A stretch of 64,000 bases of DNA from Podarcis liolepis. Its lineage: Eukaryota. Positions 25,046 through 37,663 of the stretch are shown one piece after another. The notes below the pieces were generated by a model. That model was not told the origin of the DNA. It ran no database searches and worked only from the letters and a program-made list of their open reading frames with translations. Position 1 is the first letter of the stretch; each line of letters opens with the position of its first letter. The stretch lies in the NCBI GenBank assembly GCA_965112155.1, contig OZ218102.1; one strand, 5' to 3'. A program made the position numbers and the translations under genes.

Positions 25046-26799
25046 AAGAGAATCTCCCAAAAGTCAACTGACTGCGTCTGTTGCAATGAGACATCACCTT
25101 GGGTAGACAATGAGTCAGAGATGTCAATTCTTCTTGGAGGTTGAACATAATTTCAGAAATGGTGTTAAGTAGCTCCCCCTTATCTACATTCACAAAGAAA
25201 CTGTGTTAAGTGACACCAATTGCTGATAGCTGTAACATCTATAGAGCTTGCCTCCTTTTTGGCAAACCTTCAATTTCTCAGTCCTTCACCTTCCCTAGCT
25301 TTTCACTATTAACATTCACTTGACGAGGACAACATTTGAATATCCCTTTCTTTTTTTAGACTATTAGCAAGTACTGAAGCATATCATTCATGTGGAAAAC
25401 AAGTTAGAAACAAGAAATCCTCCCTCCATAAACGGCAATAGCAGCAATGGGAAATCAGCCCACAGGTAGAACACAGGGACATTTCAAAGCAAATGGACCA
25501 CAGAATGCTCTTTCAGTGAGGCAGGTTCTAGACCCCTAATATTTGGGGGCAGAGATGGAGCAACCTGTGGCCCTCCGGATTATCTTAGACTCCCAACTCT
25601 CATCAGTCCCAGCCAGTATGGCCAATGGTCAGGATGATGGGAACTGTCATCTGTCCCCATCCATTTTAGGGGAATACACAAAGTTACACCCTGTTATCCC
25701 AAGCCACAAGTCTCTCTCTGCCCTCATTACATCAACCAGAAAGCATTGCCAGCACGGTATCCATGTACACGCCCAACTGCTACTAAGGATTAGTGTTTCA
25801 ACAAACCTACAAGCTAAATGGTAGAGCAGGAGCCCACCCACTTAACACATTTTTAATTAATGTGTGGATTGTGTCATTATATGGTCTACGCACTAGGTGG
25901 CACTGAACTTAGTTATGTTTGGGGAAAATCTGGAGCTTCTTGTTTTGGAGACAAATGAGTTCTTATCTAGTTTCCTCTCTGGTGTGAGTCCTCCAAACCT
26001 TCCAGGACAATTGGCTTGAATGTGAACTAGTTAGGTTTAAATATCATACTGTTCTAGCTGCATACTAACTACTGCATTAATACTTATTCCTGCTTTGTAA
26101 TGGAAGAAGTCCAGAACATGGCTGTAAGAACTCACACTGAACTCCCCTTGCCAGCATTGGCCCAATTTCCCAAATGCTGACCATGGTGTGGGGAGAAGCT
26201 GCAGAATGAATTTCTCACACTATCCCAGCCACACACACAAAAATCTATCCCATGCCTGTGGAGCAACATAATGACATCTCAGTATGCATTTCCCAAAGCA
26301 TTCTTTTGCACCCATTTCCACACTTGGCAGACTGGAATAAGGCAATTCACTAAGACCTTACTTCTTGTTCCTGGGCTACATTACTTCAGATTGCTGGTGG
26401 GTCAGGAGCCTCTGTATGTGCAAATGCTCTCCTGGGGATTTATTATTATTTGTTGAATTTATATCTCACCTTTCCACTAACTGGTGGCACAAGGCGGCTG
26501 ATTATGACTATAGCATAAACGCAAATGCAAAGAGCAATCCTGTATGCTAAACCATTTCGATGGCCTAACTAGATACGATAACCCTTGTCTTCCTGTTCTG
26601 ATGTGATGCGTGCGTGTTGTGTGCGGAGGGTGGGTAATAAAATAAGCACACGCTGTACCCCTCCCATCCAAAGTGGTACAGTCTAGGGGAAAAAAGCTGC
26701 TATACCATTCATTGTATTGGTACAAACGCGAATATATAAGGCTTGCCTATTGGGGGGGGGGCGGCCTGTCAGCTTAACGAAGGATTTTTCAGTGGCCCC

Positions 26800-27560
26800 C
26801 AAGCGCTTGCTAAACCATTGCAGAAACAAGACGGGGCCCTTACGGCTTCCCGGAAGGTGTCCGTGAAAATATACATGCCATCTTCTATATATAAAAAAGG
26901 GGGGCGGAGGGTGGTCTCAACCGAGCCCCCCCCCCGCCCTTAAGCCCCTCCATATAGGCCCACATCCCCCCCCTCAGCCATCACTCCTCCGGCCCCTCGC
27001 GAGACCTGCGCATCCCCTCAGCCCCAAAGCGCGCTCCTCGCCTGTCTATTACTAACCCCCCGAGGCCCGGGCGGCTCGAAGCTCACCCAGTTCCCAACGG
27101 ACAGCGAGCAGCCCAGCCCGGCCCACTCGGGTGCTCTCACCTTCTGTATCCGTTTCAGCGCCATGGGGAGCCGGGGATGCGGGCGGGCCGGTCTGGGGAA
27201 GCTGCGAGAGGGGGGAAGAGAGAGGAGGAGGCGGCGACGGCGTTGGCTGCTCCAGGAGGGGGCCGGGCTCTCACGGGGCGTGTTAAGGCCGAGGCCGAGG
27301 TGCCTCTCCGCTCCCAATCGAAGGGTCTTTTGTTTCCGCTTCTACTAATAGACTTCCACGCCCCGCCCACCGCCTCCTGACGCCCCCGCGCTGCATTCTG
27401 GGGCGTGTAGTTCCAGTGGCGCCCCGGCGGCTGCTGCGACCCCCGCGGGTCTGCTCCGGGGAGGTGGGTGATGACGGCAGGACCCGGAATTGGTCGGGAG
27501 CAGCCCCCCACGCGGCAAAATACTGGGTTGGGGATGGGGGGGAGGATGACATTAAAGGTT
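26800..27560 (-). promoter_or_regulatory. UBE2D1: UBE2D1 CpG-island promoter / exon 1 region
   Basis: CpG-dense; GC box CCACGCCCCGCCC ~27356-27368, CCAAT ~27315, ETS-like CGGAA motifs. Confidence 0.85.
27141..27164 (-). CDS. UBE2D1: UBE2D1 coding exon 1 (MALKRIQK)
   Basis: ATG at 27164, GTGAG donor; the 7 exons total 444 nt = 147 aa, matching human UBE2D1 as I recall it. Confidence 0.97.
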
Positions 27561-28060
27561 AAGAGCATTAGGGCTGACTTGCTGCTACATGGCACCATAG
27601 GCATCCCTCGTCCGCAAAATATGATTTGAAGCTCCATAAGTAATTATTGCATATATTCCGAGAAGAGGTAGGTCAGCAGGGAAACACGGTGGAAGCCATT
27701 AGATGGGGCCTGATTTTTGTTGTGCTTCATGAGAGAAACCAGCAACTGGAAAAGAGCAAGGCACAATTCTTTTGGTCTAAAAAGACAGAGGCCTCAGAGA
27801 CAGAGAGCTGTGTGATACTTTTATTTAAAAGTTGATGTTGGCTTAGAATATAGTTTGTTTGACGCTGTGTAAGTAACTCAGTTGTCTTGAAGCAAGCAGT
27901 ACAGTGAGTGGAAATGCACCTATGGGTTCTAAAATTGCACCCTTGAATATCTGAAAGCAATATTTACTTATTTTTCCTGCTAGACTTTCTGTACCTTTAA
28001 ATAGCTGCCTAATAATCAACAGTATTGCATGGCAGACAGACAATCAACATCTCCATTAAG

Positions 28061-28196
28061 CAGCCTTTCCCATCCTGGTACTATCCAGACGTTTTGGACT
28101 TGATAACTCATCAGCACCAGCCAGCATAGCTTGTTGGTGAGGGATGATGGGAGTAGTAATCCAAAAATCTGGAAGACACAAGGCTGAGGAAGTCTG
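28061..28196. mobile_element. ~135-bp palindromic hAT-type MITE (related copies at ~11830-11925, ~25555-25665, 30816-30953, ~40848-40975)
   Basis: CAG..CTG termini with internal inverted 'tccaga.gttttggac..aactc..atc / gatgatgggagt.gta.tccaaaa.atctgga'. Confidence 0.75.
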
Positions 28197-29099
28197 CTAT
28201 GGAATTTCTGTGTGCCATGTATCTGTAAAGCAGAATGTTTTACAAGAAAGACGTAACAGGGCTACTTGGAACAATTGTCTTTTGTGAAGACAAAATAATA
28301 TGAGATTTCATTCTGAATATATGCAAATTGCCATTAGTTCACCACAACAGTGAAACCATAGATACCACTATCCGGCACGCTACACAACTGGTATTGGAAG
28401 ACTGCATAGGCTATTCTACTGATTTTCTTTATTTTTCTTTTTGCTGCATGTGTGTGAAAGTTGGGGTTGTTCAGCCCATCCTCACCAGTTACATAATAGT
28501 AGATCTACTTTTCCATATAAGCTGGGTATACTAACAACTAAGTATTTTTTAGGATTGCAGCCCAATATTCTATGCATGTGTATGTGGAAGCAGCACTGAA
28601 TTCAATAAGGCTTACTCCCAGGCAAGTGTTTCTGATGTTGCATCTTAAAGGCACAGGCAAGTCAGGGATCTGGAACTGATTTTCTTCTCTTTTTTTTTTA
28701 CACTTTTATATACCTTATGGTAAATTGTGGGTAAGAAATCTAAATCAATAAAATAAAACATATGGTGCATCAAAGGCTCCCATCCCTGTTGTAAGTAAAG
28801 CATGGAAACCTGTCAGCAGCAGAGGACCTTCTTGATGAAAAAGGTGAAAAAGAGGGAAAATTAAGGGAAGGGGCTGTAGCTCAAAGAGGTAGCCCATCTG
28901 TTTTGCTTGCGGAAGTTCTCAGGCATCTCCAGGAGAGCCCCACCTGAAAGGAAATTCCAACAGGTTTGCCTTTCAGGAGAACAACCTACGCCTGTTGGGA
29001 TCATCTCTCCTCTCAACTTCTTAAAGGTTTCGAGGATCAGTGGCAGCAGGTGCCCCTCAAGACTGGTAGGTGTAGGTGAACCTGGGAACAACTCTGCAA

Positions 29100-30500
29100 G
29101 AGCAACACCGAGGCTAAGCAGGAGGAGGAGGAGGAGCTGGCAGGCACCGCCATCCCATGGACTGTTTGCAAGCGGGAAGGCAGGCGCTTCGGTTGGTGGG
29201 GCAGCGCCCTCTTAGGTCTCCACTGAGGGACCCTGTCCCCTTTGGCACCTGTCCCCCAAATCTTTCCCGGCTCGTTTATTCAGCTGCTTCTCGCATTTGC
29301 AGCATTTATGCTCAGGGTGGCATTGACTGTTCTTCCTCCCCCCCCCCCTTTCCTTTAATCCTCCCGACGACCCCCGGGGTCTCTAAGTCTCCAGCCGCCG
29401 GCGATCTCACCCCCGACCCCTGACCTCCCTCCACCCACCGCGGCCGCCCTTCCCGCTAGAGCCGCGCTGGGTGGTTTTGCAGCGCTTGCCCCGCCCCTTG
29501 AAGCAGAGAGGCCGCCCCCCGGCCGGCGCCATGTTAAAAGCCCTGGCGCGCAGGCGCGTCGCCGCCGGGTGTCACTTCCCTCGCCCCGCCTCGCGCGCCC
29601 TTCGCCGGAGCCTCAGAGGGTGGCCGCGCGGCGTGCGTCCGGGGCTGCAGTCATGGGGCTCGGGTCGAATTCTTCCGTGCGGGGTAAGAGCCTGCAAGGT
29701 CGCGGGATTGCAGCGGCGCCCTTGCAAGGGGGGCGGGCTATGTGGGGTTTCTCCGTGGTTCCCGAGCAATTCTTTCCTCCCTTTGACCCGCGTTGCCAGC
29801 CGAGAGAGAGAGACCTGTTACCTTAGCGCAGGGCCCTGTGTGCCATGCAGTTCTCTTTCCCCCTCGAAACAGGCGCATCTTCACGGCCGGGGAAAGAGAA
29901 AGGCTCCGGGAATGTGGCGCCTGCAACGAGGCGGGCGGGGCATAGTCTTTTTTTAATAAAGTGGCCCCAACCTGACTGTAATAGGGGGCGAGCAGTTTTG
30001 CACCTGCGACCTCTGCAGCTCCCCTGGGCTTTTTTTTTTTGCAGTGACCTTCAGCAGTTCTTTCCCCTCCAGGGCTCCGGTCGCCGCTTGGAGCGTTGCG
30101 CTGCGCAGCAAGAGCAGCAGCGATGCCCCGAGGCTGCTTCTTCCTCCTTGAGTCATCTTAGCGGGCGTTGGCCAAGCGCTCGCCTTTCTCCCCGCACCTG
30201 TTTGCTCCGCGGGAGCCCTCGGGCGCCGCGCACTTCCGACAGTCGGGCTTCCCTGCCTGACCTCTGCCTCTCCCGCTCGCTTCTGCGCCGAGAACAAAGG
30301 AACTCGTGACTGCGCTACAAATGCCAAGCATTTCTGCTGCTGGAATTGTTGTCTCAAGTCTTTAAGCTGAGGCACCGCGTTCCTAGCCGGAATTTGGCTC
30401 TTTTGGGAAGGGGGCGTGGTGAAGCTCGGCCTCTGAACTGCTCGTGGTGGACGCCCTTGAAGCTCTTGCGCGGAAACCAGCGTCTTTAACTAATACCTTT
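29100..30500 (+). promoter_or_regulatory. CISD1: CISD1 CpG-island promoter
   Basis: CpG-dense; YY1-type CGCCATGTT at 29527-29535, GC boxes, ETS-like CACTTCC ~29573. Confidence 0.85.
29653..29683 (+). CDS. CISD1: CISD1 (mitoNEET) coding exon 1 (MGLGSNSSVR)
   Basis: gtcATGG start, GTAAG donor, 31 nt, phase compatible with exon 2. Confidence 0.9.
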
Positions 30501-30815
30501 GGGGATTAGTGGGGTAGTTTAGTGCTCCTGCTGGGGGAAATGTAACTAGGTGTGGGTTTGAGAAAGGTTGCATTCAGGCTCCTGCTCCTAAGGGGAGAGG
30601 CTTCAGGGCTTCGTTTGCCTAAAAGTCGCACTTTGATTTGAGGGCTGGCTTTTTGGTCAATAGTGAGCAGAGGGCACTTGGCACATAATCAGAGACTGGC
30701 TGGGATTCTCCCCTGTTTTTACTTGTAAGATTTAGCAAACCAACATCAACTAAGGGTGCGGATTGCTAATTCATATTTTGAAGAACTATTGCCCAGCTTT
30801 GAAAAGATTCTAAAG

Positions 30816-30953
30816 CAGGATTCCTCAAACTCTGCCCTCCAGGTGTTTTTTTGGCCTACAACTCCCATGATCCCTAGTTAGCAGGGCCAGTGGTCAGGGA
30901 TGATGGGAATTGTAGTCTCAAAACATATGGAGGGCTGAGTTTGAGGAAGCTTG
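30816..30953. mobile_element. hAT-type MITE in CISD1 intron 1
   Basis: TIRs CAGGATTCCTCAAACTC / GAGTTTGAGGAAGCTTG and internal palindrome. Confidence 0.85.
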
Positions 30954-33805
30954 TTCAGAATCTAAAGGGACCTAACTGTTCTTTGATCCTGGATAAGTAA
31001 CAATCTTTCAAGTTCCAGGATCTGTAGAGCAGAACTGTCATCTTGTGATGAAAAACAGGATAAAGCAGTCAGGTGCTGTACAACCACACTAAATAAAGCA
31101 CTATTGCTGTAAGAGCTGTTTTCAGTATTTGTGTTATTCCCTACTCCATGTCAACTCTCTCAATTTCAGGCCTTAGTTTCTGGGCATTCACATCTCTAAG
31201 GACACCTGATGCACGCCCAGAGTTGTAATTTTTTGTAGGTGTCTCTGTCCAGCATTTTAGGCAGGTGCCTGTCGGGATCCTGACATCACATATGTTATAT
31301 AGCTCAATCCTTTTGTATATGATATTCTGTACATTCACCATAGTTCCTGATCACCCATTTTCCTTGCGCCCTACAGTGCTTTTGGTGGCAACACTCCATC
31401 CTCCACTTATGTTAGTTAAGTTAAATAGTAGGAATCAGAATACTCTTGCCATATTTATCTTGGTCTGCGTGATCTGTTCCCTACTATGGTTTATATGTGC
31501 CTATGACACAGGTGCAGCCTTGCAGGTATGTAGTTAGACCCCCTAACTTCCAACAAGTGCAGGGCATCTGAAAGTTGCAAGCTTCTTTTTGTGATGTGTT
31601 GGTCCATGCTTTCCTGTGTTCTGTCTGACATGAGCTGGTTGGATTTCATGAGTGTGTAGTTATATACTGTATAGCTTTTGTTGTATTGACATGTGTGGGT
31701 ATGGAGTTTGTGAGCTGTTTGTCTTACTGAACTTGGAAATAAAACTCGGCACCAAGGACTTTCGCCTATCTACAAAAAGATTCAGCGGCAGCTGTGTTGC
31801 TCCACTATAGTTGGTTAAATTGAGAGTACAGTACAACAGTTTTATGAGGCTTGTTAGATATTGACGGTAAGAACTTTACAGTTTCACAGAACTCTAGGCA
31901 GGCAGAGATAAAGAAGAGGGAGTAAATAAAATACTTTTGGTGCAGATGGAGTTTCTGCCATGCCCTCCAATATATTGCAGTTTCCAAGATGGTTGTCCAG
32001 GAAGCCTTTTGCAGAGCTTTGTCTTATTCTCTGCTCAGCATAAAATATCTCTGGTTGTGTGATACGATTTTTCCAGACAATTTTTATAGGGAAAATTCTT
32101 CTGTAAATTAGGGTAATTTGCAAATGAGAAAATCTTCCATTTGTTTTAGTAAATTTTCTGATATCCAAGATCTAGAGAATAACCTAATTCAACATGCTTA
32201 TTTTACTTTAGCAGACAAAGCTAAAAACTCCGAAACTTCCAAGTTTGGCTAGTGGCATCTATTCTTTATTATTAATGAGCTTCTGGAATGGAACATTTTC
32301 TGTAGAAAAATAACTGGATGTTCTCAAAACATTTTGGTTCTAACTGTAATCAGTCTTCTTAAAACACTGCCTTCATACTGCAATCACACATTGTAAACAC
32401 AACTTTCTACCATGTCTTCGCTAACAACTTTATCTCTTCCCATCTCCCCTCATTTAATACTGAGCTTGAGAAAAATTCTGTGATTCTGCAAAAGCAGCCC
32501 ATTGCTGTTTTTTGTTCTTAAGCTGGTCCTGATAAAAGTGTTATGGACTTGCATATAGGTGATAGGGACAAGTTGGTGGAGCTCAAGCTTCCTAACCTCT
32601 GGTATATTTTTTGGTCTGCCTGGAAGCTCTGCTAAAGCTTCTAGGGTAAATATTTTGGTTGTGTTCGACTGCAACCCTTGCTTTAGTGCCGGGTGGAGAA
32701 CTTCCAGCTGGCAGGCTTGATTAGGACTACCAGGCACCCTCATTTGGCCTATGAGACAGTTTTGGCCAAGCTGTAGCAACTTTCTCTGTACCTGATGCTG
32801 TGCATGAGGTCAGGGCAGGTAAAAACCTGGTTTAGCTGAAAGTGTGTTTATTTGCTCTGCTGACCAGCACTTTGAAAGGAACTTCTGAAGATCCAATAAT
32901 TGGCTGATTGTCAGAAGCCCCTTTCAAAGCCCTGCACAAAATAGTGTTTCGAGAAAGGGTTCTGAAGACCACCTCTGAGCAAAAAAGGTCAATGGACCTC
33001 ATTGTGACATCAACTGATTGACAGATAGGGGAAGATAACAATCTGGCCTGCTGGGCTAAATTTTTTTCCTACTCCTACTTTAGTGGAACTCCTGATTCAA
33101 CATAATGCCTTCTGTTGAAATAATAGTGTGGACAAAGTATAAAGTATTATTGCACAAGATTGCATCTTCAGGGTTGCTAATCCAAACACATAAATCCCAA
33201 TGCGGTCAGTGGGAGTTTTAGAATTTTTAATTGGGAAATACTTGTTTGTTTGCAAAGTTAATCACCTCTGGTTAGCCTGGAAGCTAGTAACCTCTATTGT
33301 GTCAATGATTGTGATTGATGAATAGGTTGACTTCTCTTTCCTCAACAGAGTACTAGATTAATAATAAATACATGTACTGATGACCTTATTTTTACCTGCC
33401 AGATAATATTCGAATTCCTTCTCTTCCTATGAGAATCCTTTCCAGGTTATCTCTTGTCTCAGTATGTAGTTCTATGTAACTCTTTCGATCTAACTTACTT
33501 GTTTCTCATTTTGGCATTCCTTAAAGTCACATGTTAGCTACATTTTTGACCTTTTGAAAATAGTACTTACTTGGAAATGGTTGTGCTCTAAGTTGCATAG
33601 GGAGGGGGAAGAAGTCTTGAGGGTTAATCATTTCCTTGAGAAGGGAAACATGATTTCTAGTATTCTAAAGTTTATTTACCCCTTCTACTGGGTCTACACA
33701 AAAGAAATGAAGTGGTTCCTTTCCATGAGTGTCAGAACAAAAACTAAAACTACAATCGTATTTTTGAACTTGATCAAACTCACCACTTGGAATAGAATAG
33801 CATTT

Positions 33806-33931
33806 TAGGGGTTAAATCCAACTAGGATATACTTGGAGGTAGACCCACTGAAATCAATGGACCTATGTTAATTATGTCCATTAATTTCAATGTCTGTATT
33901 CAGAATAGGTCTAACATTAGATGTAACCCTA
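33806..33931. mobile_element. short palindromic MITE (abundant squamate family; relics also near 6050, 7040, 14385, 23645, 24600, 28555, 36800, 60670)
   Basis: TIR-like TAGGGGTTAAATCCAA / TTAGATGTAACCCTA with internal 'actgaaatcaatgg / ccattaatttcaat' inverted motifs. Confidence 0.65.
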
Positions 33932-34177
33932 AGGCGCTAATCCTGTGCACACTTTGGAAGCAAAATCTTTCCGTGTTTAGTGAGTAGACATGCATAGGAA
34001 AGAGTGCTTTCAGTTTATATTCTGGCAGTTGGGAACACAGATTAAGCCCTACTAAATGCTATGAAGTGTGTATGAGGAGAAAATGAAAATTCTGTCAGAC
34101 GGTAACTTCTCAGCACCAGTTTGCACAAAAGGCCTTAGTGAGTGCTCTTTAACCATTTCTCCATATTTCTGTTTCAG

Positions 34178-34383
34178 TTGAATGGATTGCAGCCGTTACG
34201 TTTGCTGCTGGAGCGGCAGCCATTGGCTATCTTGCTTACAAAAAATTTATCAGCAAGGACAGATGCTGTAATGGGATGGTAAATCTCCATATCCAGAAAG
34301 ATAACCCAAAGGTAGTTCATGCATTTGATATGGAAGATTTGGGGGAGAAAGCTGTGTACTGCCGATGTTGGAGGTCAAAGAAG
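34178..34383 (+). CDS. CISD1: CISD1 coding exon 2 ([69 protein letters not shown])
   Basis: 206 nt, AG/GT junctions; TM anchor and first two 2Fe-2S ligands (CRC). Confidence 0.98.
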
Positions 34384-34460
34384 GTAAGAGAAGAAAACGG
34401 CAAATATCTTGTAACTTTTAAATTACAAATTAGCTGAACCCTCCACAGCCAAAGTACTTA

Positions 34461-34939
34461 CCATATTTTTCGCTCTATAAGAGGCACTTTTCCCTTCCCA
34501 GAAAGTAAGGGGAAATACATGTGCGTCTTATGGAGCGAATGCAGGCGGGAGGCTCTGCTCAGTGCTCCCTTTAAAGAGCCGCGTGGAGCGTATCTTGAGG
34601 CTCTTCAGGGTTTTTCCACGAGGAGAGAGAAGGGCTGCCCTTCTCCCTCCTCAGGGAAAAGTCCCCAAGCAGGGCACACTCCGCAAGCTCTTTAAAGGGA
34701 GCACGGCTCTTGGGGAAGCCTTTGGCCGCGTGCAGCCTCTCCTGGGCAGGGGGATGAAGGCTACCCCTGCCTGGAAGAGGCTGCGCGCAGCTATCCCATA
34801 AGCCAGGACGGCAAGCGGGATTGCTGCGCAACAATCCCGCTTGCTTCTGGGATTCAGATTTTTTCTTCTTCTTGTTTTCCTCTTCCAAAAACCAGGTGTG
34901 TCTTATGGTCTGGTGCATCTTATAGAGCGAAAAATATGG
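34461..34939. mobile_element. Tc1/mariner (Tc2/pogo-like) non-autonomous element
   Basis: TIRs CCATATTTTTCGCTCTATAAGA / TCTTATAGAGCGAAAAATATGG, TA TSD. Confidence 0.92.
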
Positions 34940-36089
34940 TACTTTTAGTTCATCACGAAGAATCAGAAGGAATAACTGAAAGCCCAATAATCGGCTATTT
35001 CTAGAATCAAAGCAATTTTCCATACGAGGAAGGTTTCCTCCTGAGAGCATGTAACATAAGAATAAACCCCATTGAATATTGATGTTTAAGCATTCATATT
35101 TTAAAAGACAACTGAGAGGGGTAGGTTATAGTGGGAAAAGAAATATTGTAACAGGAGAATAGGTTGTTCAGTGTTCGAAGCAAAAAAGGAATTATTCTAG
35201 TGTAAATTGTAACAGTGGTTGGATAATAAAGCAGTTGATCAAATATGTTGAAATACTTTGATCCTGTCCTTGTTTTCAAGGCCAAATGCTGATACTAGTC
35301 CTCAGACAAATGTATTTTATTTATAATGGCAGGAATTGAAAATTGCACTTTTTTGACGGGCCTGTGAATGCAAGTATTTTTGCAAGCCAGGCAGAATGAC
35401 CCGGCTCTCCCCCCGCCCCCCTCCCACTGTGCTGTTTTTGGGATTCTCCTGACTCTCCAGAATAGATTTTGGAGGAGGAGAGGAGAGGGTAGAAGCCCCA
35501 TTGCTGGCTTCTGCTAGTGCAGTGGGTTAGTTGAATCTAGGTCTAAGTTTAGTACGGACAAGTCTTCTGTCATATCAGCACAGGAACTGTGATATCTTCT
35601 GATGGCCTACTAAATTACTAGATGGTAGCGTACCCAAATTTCTTCAGCATTGGCTGTAAACAGCATTTAACTCTTGACCATGGTTTGATTAATCATAGTT
35701 TGCTTAGCCAACCATGTGTTGGTTTCACAGTTAGGAAAATACACTGTGACTTGGTTCTCCCTGTAGTTTGGCAGGTACCTGGGAAGGAATAGTCAAACAA
35801 ACCATGGTTAAGCAAGGCCATTGGATTGAGACATAATGCCAACCATAGTCTTCAAAAACAGTGATTCGTAAGCCAACTACAAATCATAGCATTACATTCT
35901 GATTTTCTTGCCAGAAAATAAATTATGGCTATCCACTGGGCTGCATTCAGATTTCAAGTCAACAACACTTAGGCGAAACAAACCATGACTTGGTATAAAT
36001 CAGGCCACTCTTAGGTTTCCTTGTTGTTTGTGAATTGCTATTTGCTATATATATAAAAAAGTAAATTTAATGTATTTTTTCCTCCCTAG

Positions 36090-36179
36090 TTTCCATTATG
36101 CGATGGGTCTCATACAAACCATAATGATGAAACGGGAGACAATGTGGGACCTCTGATCATCAAGAGAAAAGATGCATAA
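36090..36179 (+). CDS. CISD1: CISD1 coding exon 3 (FPLCDGSHTNHNDETGDNVGPLIIKRKDA*)
   Basis: 90 nt; literal CDGSH motif; total CDS 327 nt = 108 aa; AATAAA at 36497-36502 is a likely poly(A) signal. Confidence 0.98.
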   Translation, partial: FPLCDGSHTNHNDETGDNVGPLIIKRKDA

Positions 36180-37184
36180 ATGATGAATGATCTGGACACC
36201 GCACAAACAACCATATTGCAGTGTTTTCTGCTCACTTGTAATTGGTGTAAAAATGAGGTCTTAAGTCATTTCACTGAAGATTTTTAGATGTGTGGTATAC
36301 AGTATGCTGCAACTGATGTAATTCATGGTGTTTGCCTTGCTTAAACACTACAATGTATGTTAGGAATGAATACTTGTGATCTTGCTTTTGTTTTGTCTTG
36401 TAAAATGTACATTCTCATTAAGTGTATTAAAAAAAAAAGACCTTTAGAATGTACTCCGAACTATGTATGGGAAGATAATACATTAAATTATTTTCAAATA
36501 AATTGTTGTAAGCTGTCTTTATTGTTCATATCCACAAGCAATATAACAATGAAACGACTCTTTTTAGTTGTTTTTTTTTTACCAAGTGGTATATTTCTCC
36601 ACCTACTTCAAACATGGTGCGCTAGGAATAAGGCTTCAAAATGTAATGAAAGCATTAAAAAAATAATAATGACTGAATTTATTTTAAGGAAGTATTTTTG
36701 ACCTGCTGATAGTTGGTATAATTACTTATGAATGCTTCTGCGTAAGACATAAATAATATGAGAGCATTTTTTTCCATGCAAAATTATATCATCTTAAAGC
36801 ATAATCCTATACACATATACTCAGAAGTTCATTGATTAATTGCATCTTATTTCCCAGTAGGTGGGTATATCATTGGATCCATAATTCAGGGTAATCCTAC
36901 AGTGGTAGTGGTGTGAAGTTGCATGGCAGAAGAACTAGCATTTCAAAGCCCTGCTGCTTGCTTTTACAGCAGAAGGTGAAAGAGGTATTTTTCCTGTGCC
37001 CCCCAGGTTGTTTTTCAACAGGAAGGGAAATTACACTGGCTCCAGGGCTGGCATAGATTTTGCCCCTTTTCAGGGGTGTGTTGGGGAAATGAAGTGGCTT
37101 TTCATTCTGCCCCGGCACACTTGATTTTTGACCTCTTTGCCAACAAAAAATATTTCCTCTGCCACACTGCAGAAGCCTCCACTT

Positions 37185-37663
37185 AGAGAGCATATAACGC
37201 CAATCCTGGCCCGACTGCACTGACTGCCAATTTCTGGGCCCAATTCAAAATGCTGGTTTTGACCTATAAAGCCCTAAATGGCCCAGGAACGCAATAACCC
37301 AAGAACGGCCTCTCCCCATATGAACTGACCCCACAATCATCATCTGAGACCCTTCTTCATGTTTCACCTACATAAGATGTCTGGAGGGTGGCAACAAGAG
37401 AATGGGTTTTATCTGTTGTGGCTCCCCACTTGTGGAATGCTCTCCCCAGGGAGGCTAATGGGGCATTTTCATTCTATATGAAAAACATTCCTCTTTAGCC
37501 AGGTCTTTGGCTAATTAAACAATCTATGGCCTTTGAAATATGTGTGTGTGTGTGTGGCAGGGGAATTGTTTTTGGTTGTTGCTATGGTATGCATTTTTGT
37601 GTTTTTATATTGCAAACCGCCCTGTGATCCTCTGATAAAGGGCAATATAGAAATTTAATAAAA
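37185..37663 (+). mobile_element. L2 LINE 3' fragment
   Basis: HITPILARLH*LP.. and QFKMLVLTYKALNG-like frames; 3' end 'aaaccgccctgtgatcctctgataaagggc..tatagaaatttaataaa'. Confidence 0.85.

Larger units (their letters stand above)
11550..25400 (-). pseudogene. Candidate decayed multi-exon gene (RRMs + TTC3/DZIP3/RBM44-like helical segment + RING-H2) nested in UBE2D1 intron 1
   Basis: Manual minus-strand translation: RRM-like pieces at ~23725-23775, ~19440-19530, 16920-16967, 14250-14368 and 13772-13906; helical-domain-like 13370-13568; RING-H2-spaced relic 11598-11720. Several segments begin at pyrimidine-AG acceptors; all carry stops or frameshifts. Not HMM-verified; outer boundaries uncertain. 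Confidence 0.5.

Noticed and set aside
26743-27637. Overlapping 60-160 aa ORFs around UBE2D1 exon 1
   Set aside because: Stop-poor CpG island; only the MALKRIQK exon is supported
28862-28935. tRNA-like 'ggggctgtagctca...' sequence
   Set aside because: No complete cloverleaf or B box; a degenerate tRNA-derived SINE head
28861-30375. Many Arg/Pro/Gly-rich ORFs on both strands
   Set aside because: GC-rich CISD1 island artefacts with no recognisable domains
34562-35050. 79- and 159-aa ORFs as a possible transposase
   Set aside because: Lie within a 479-bp non-autonomous MITE; no DDE/HTH motifs
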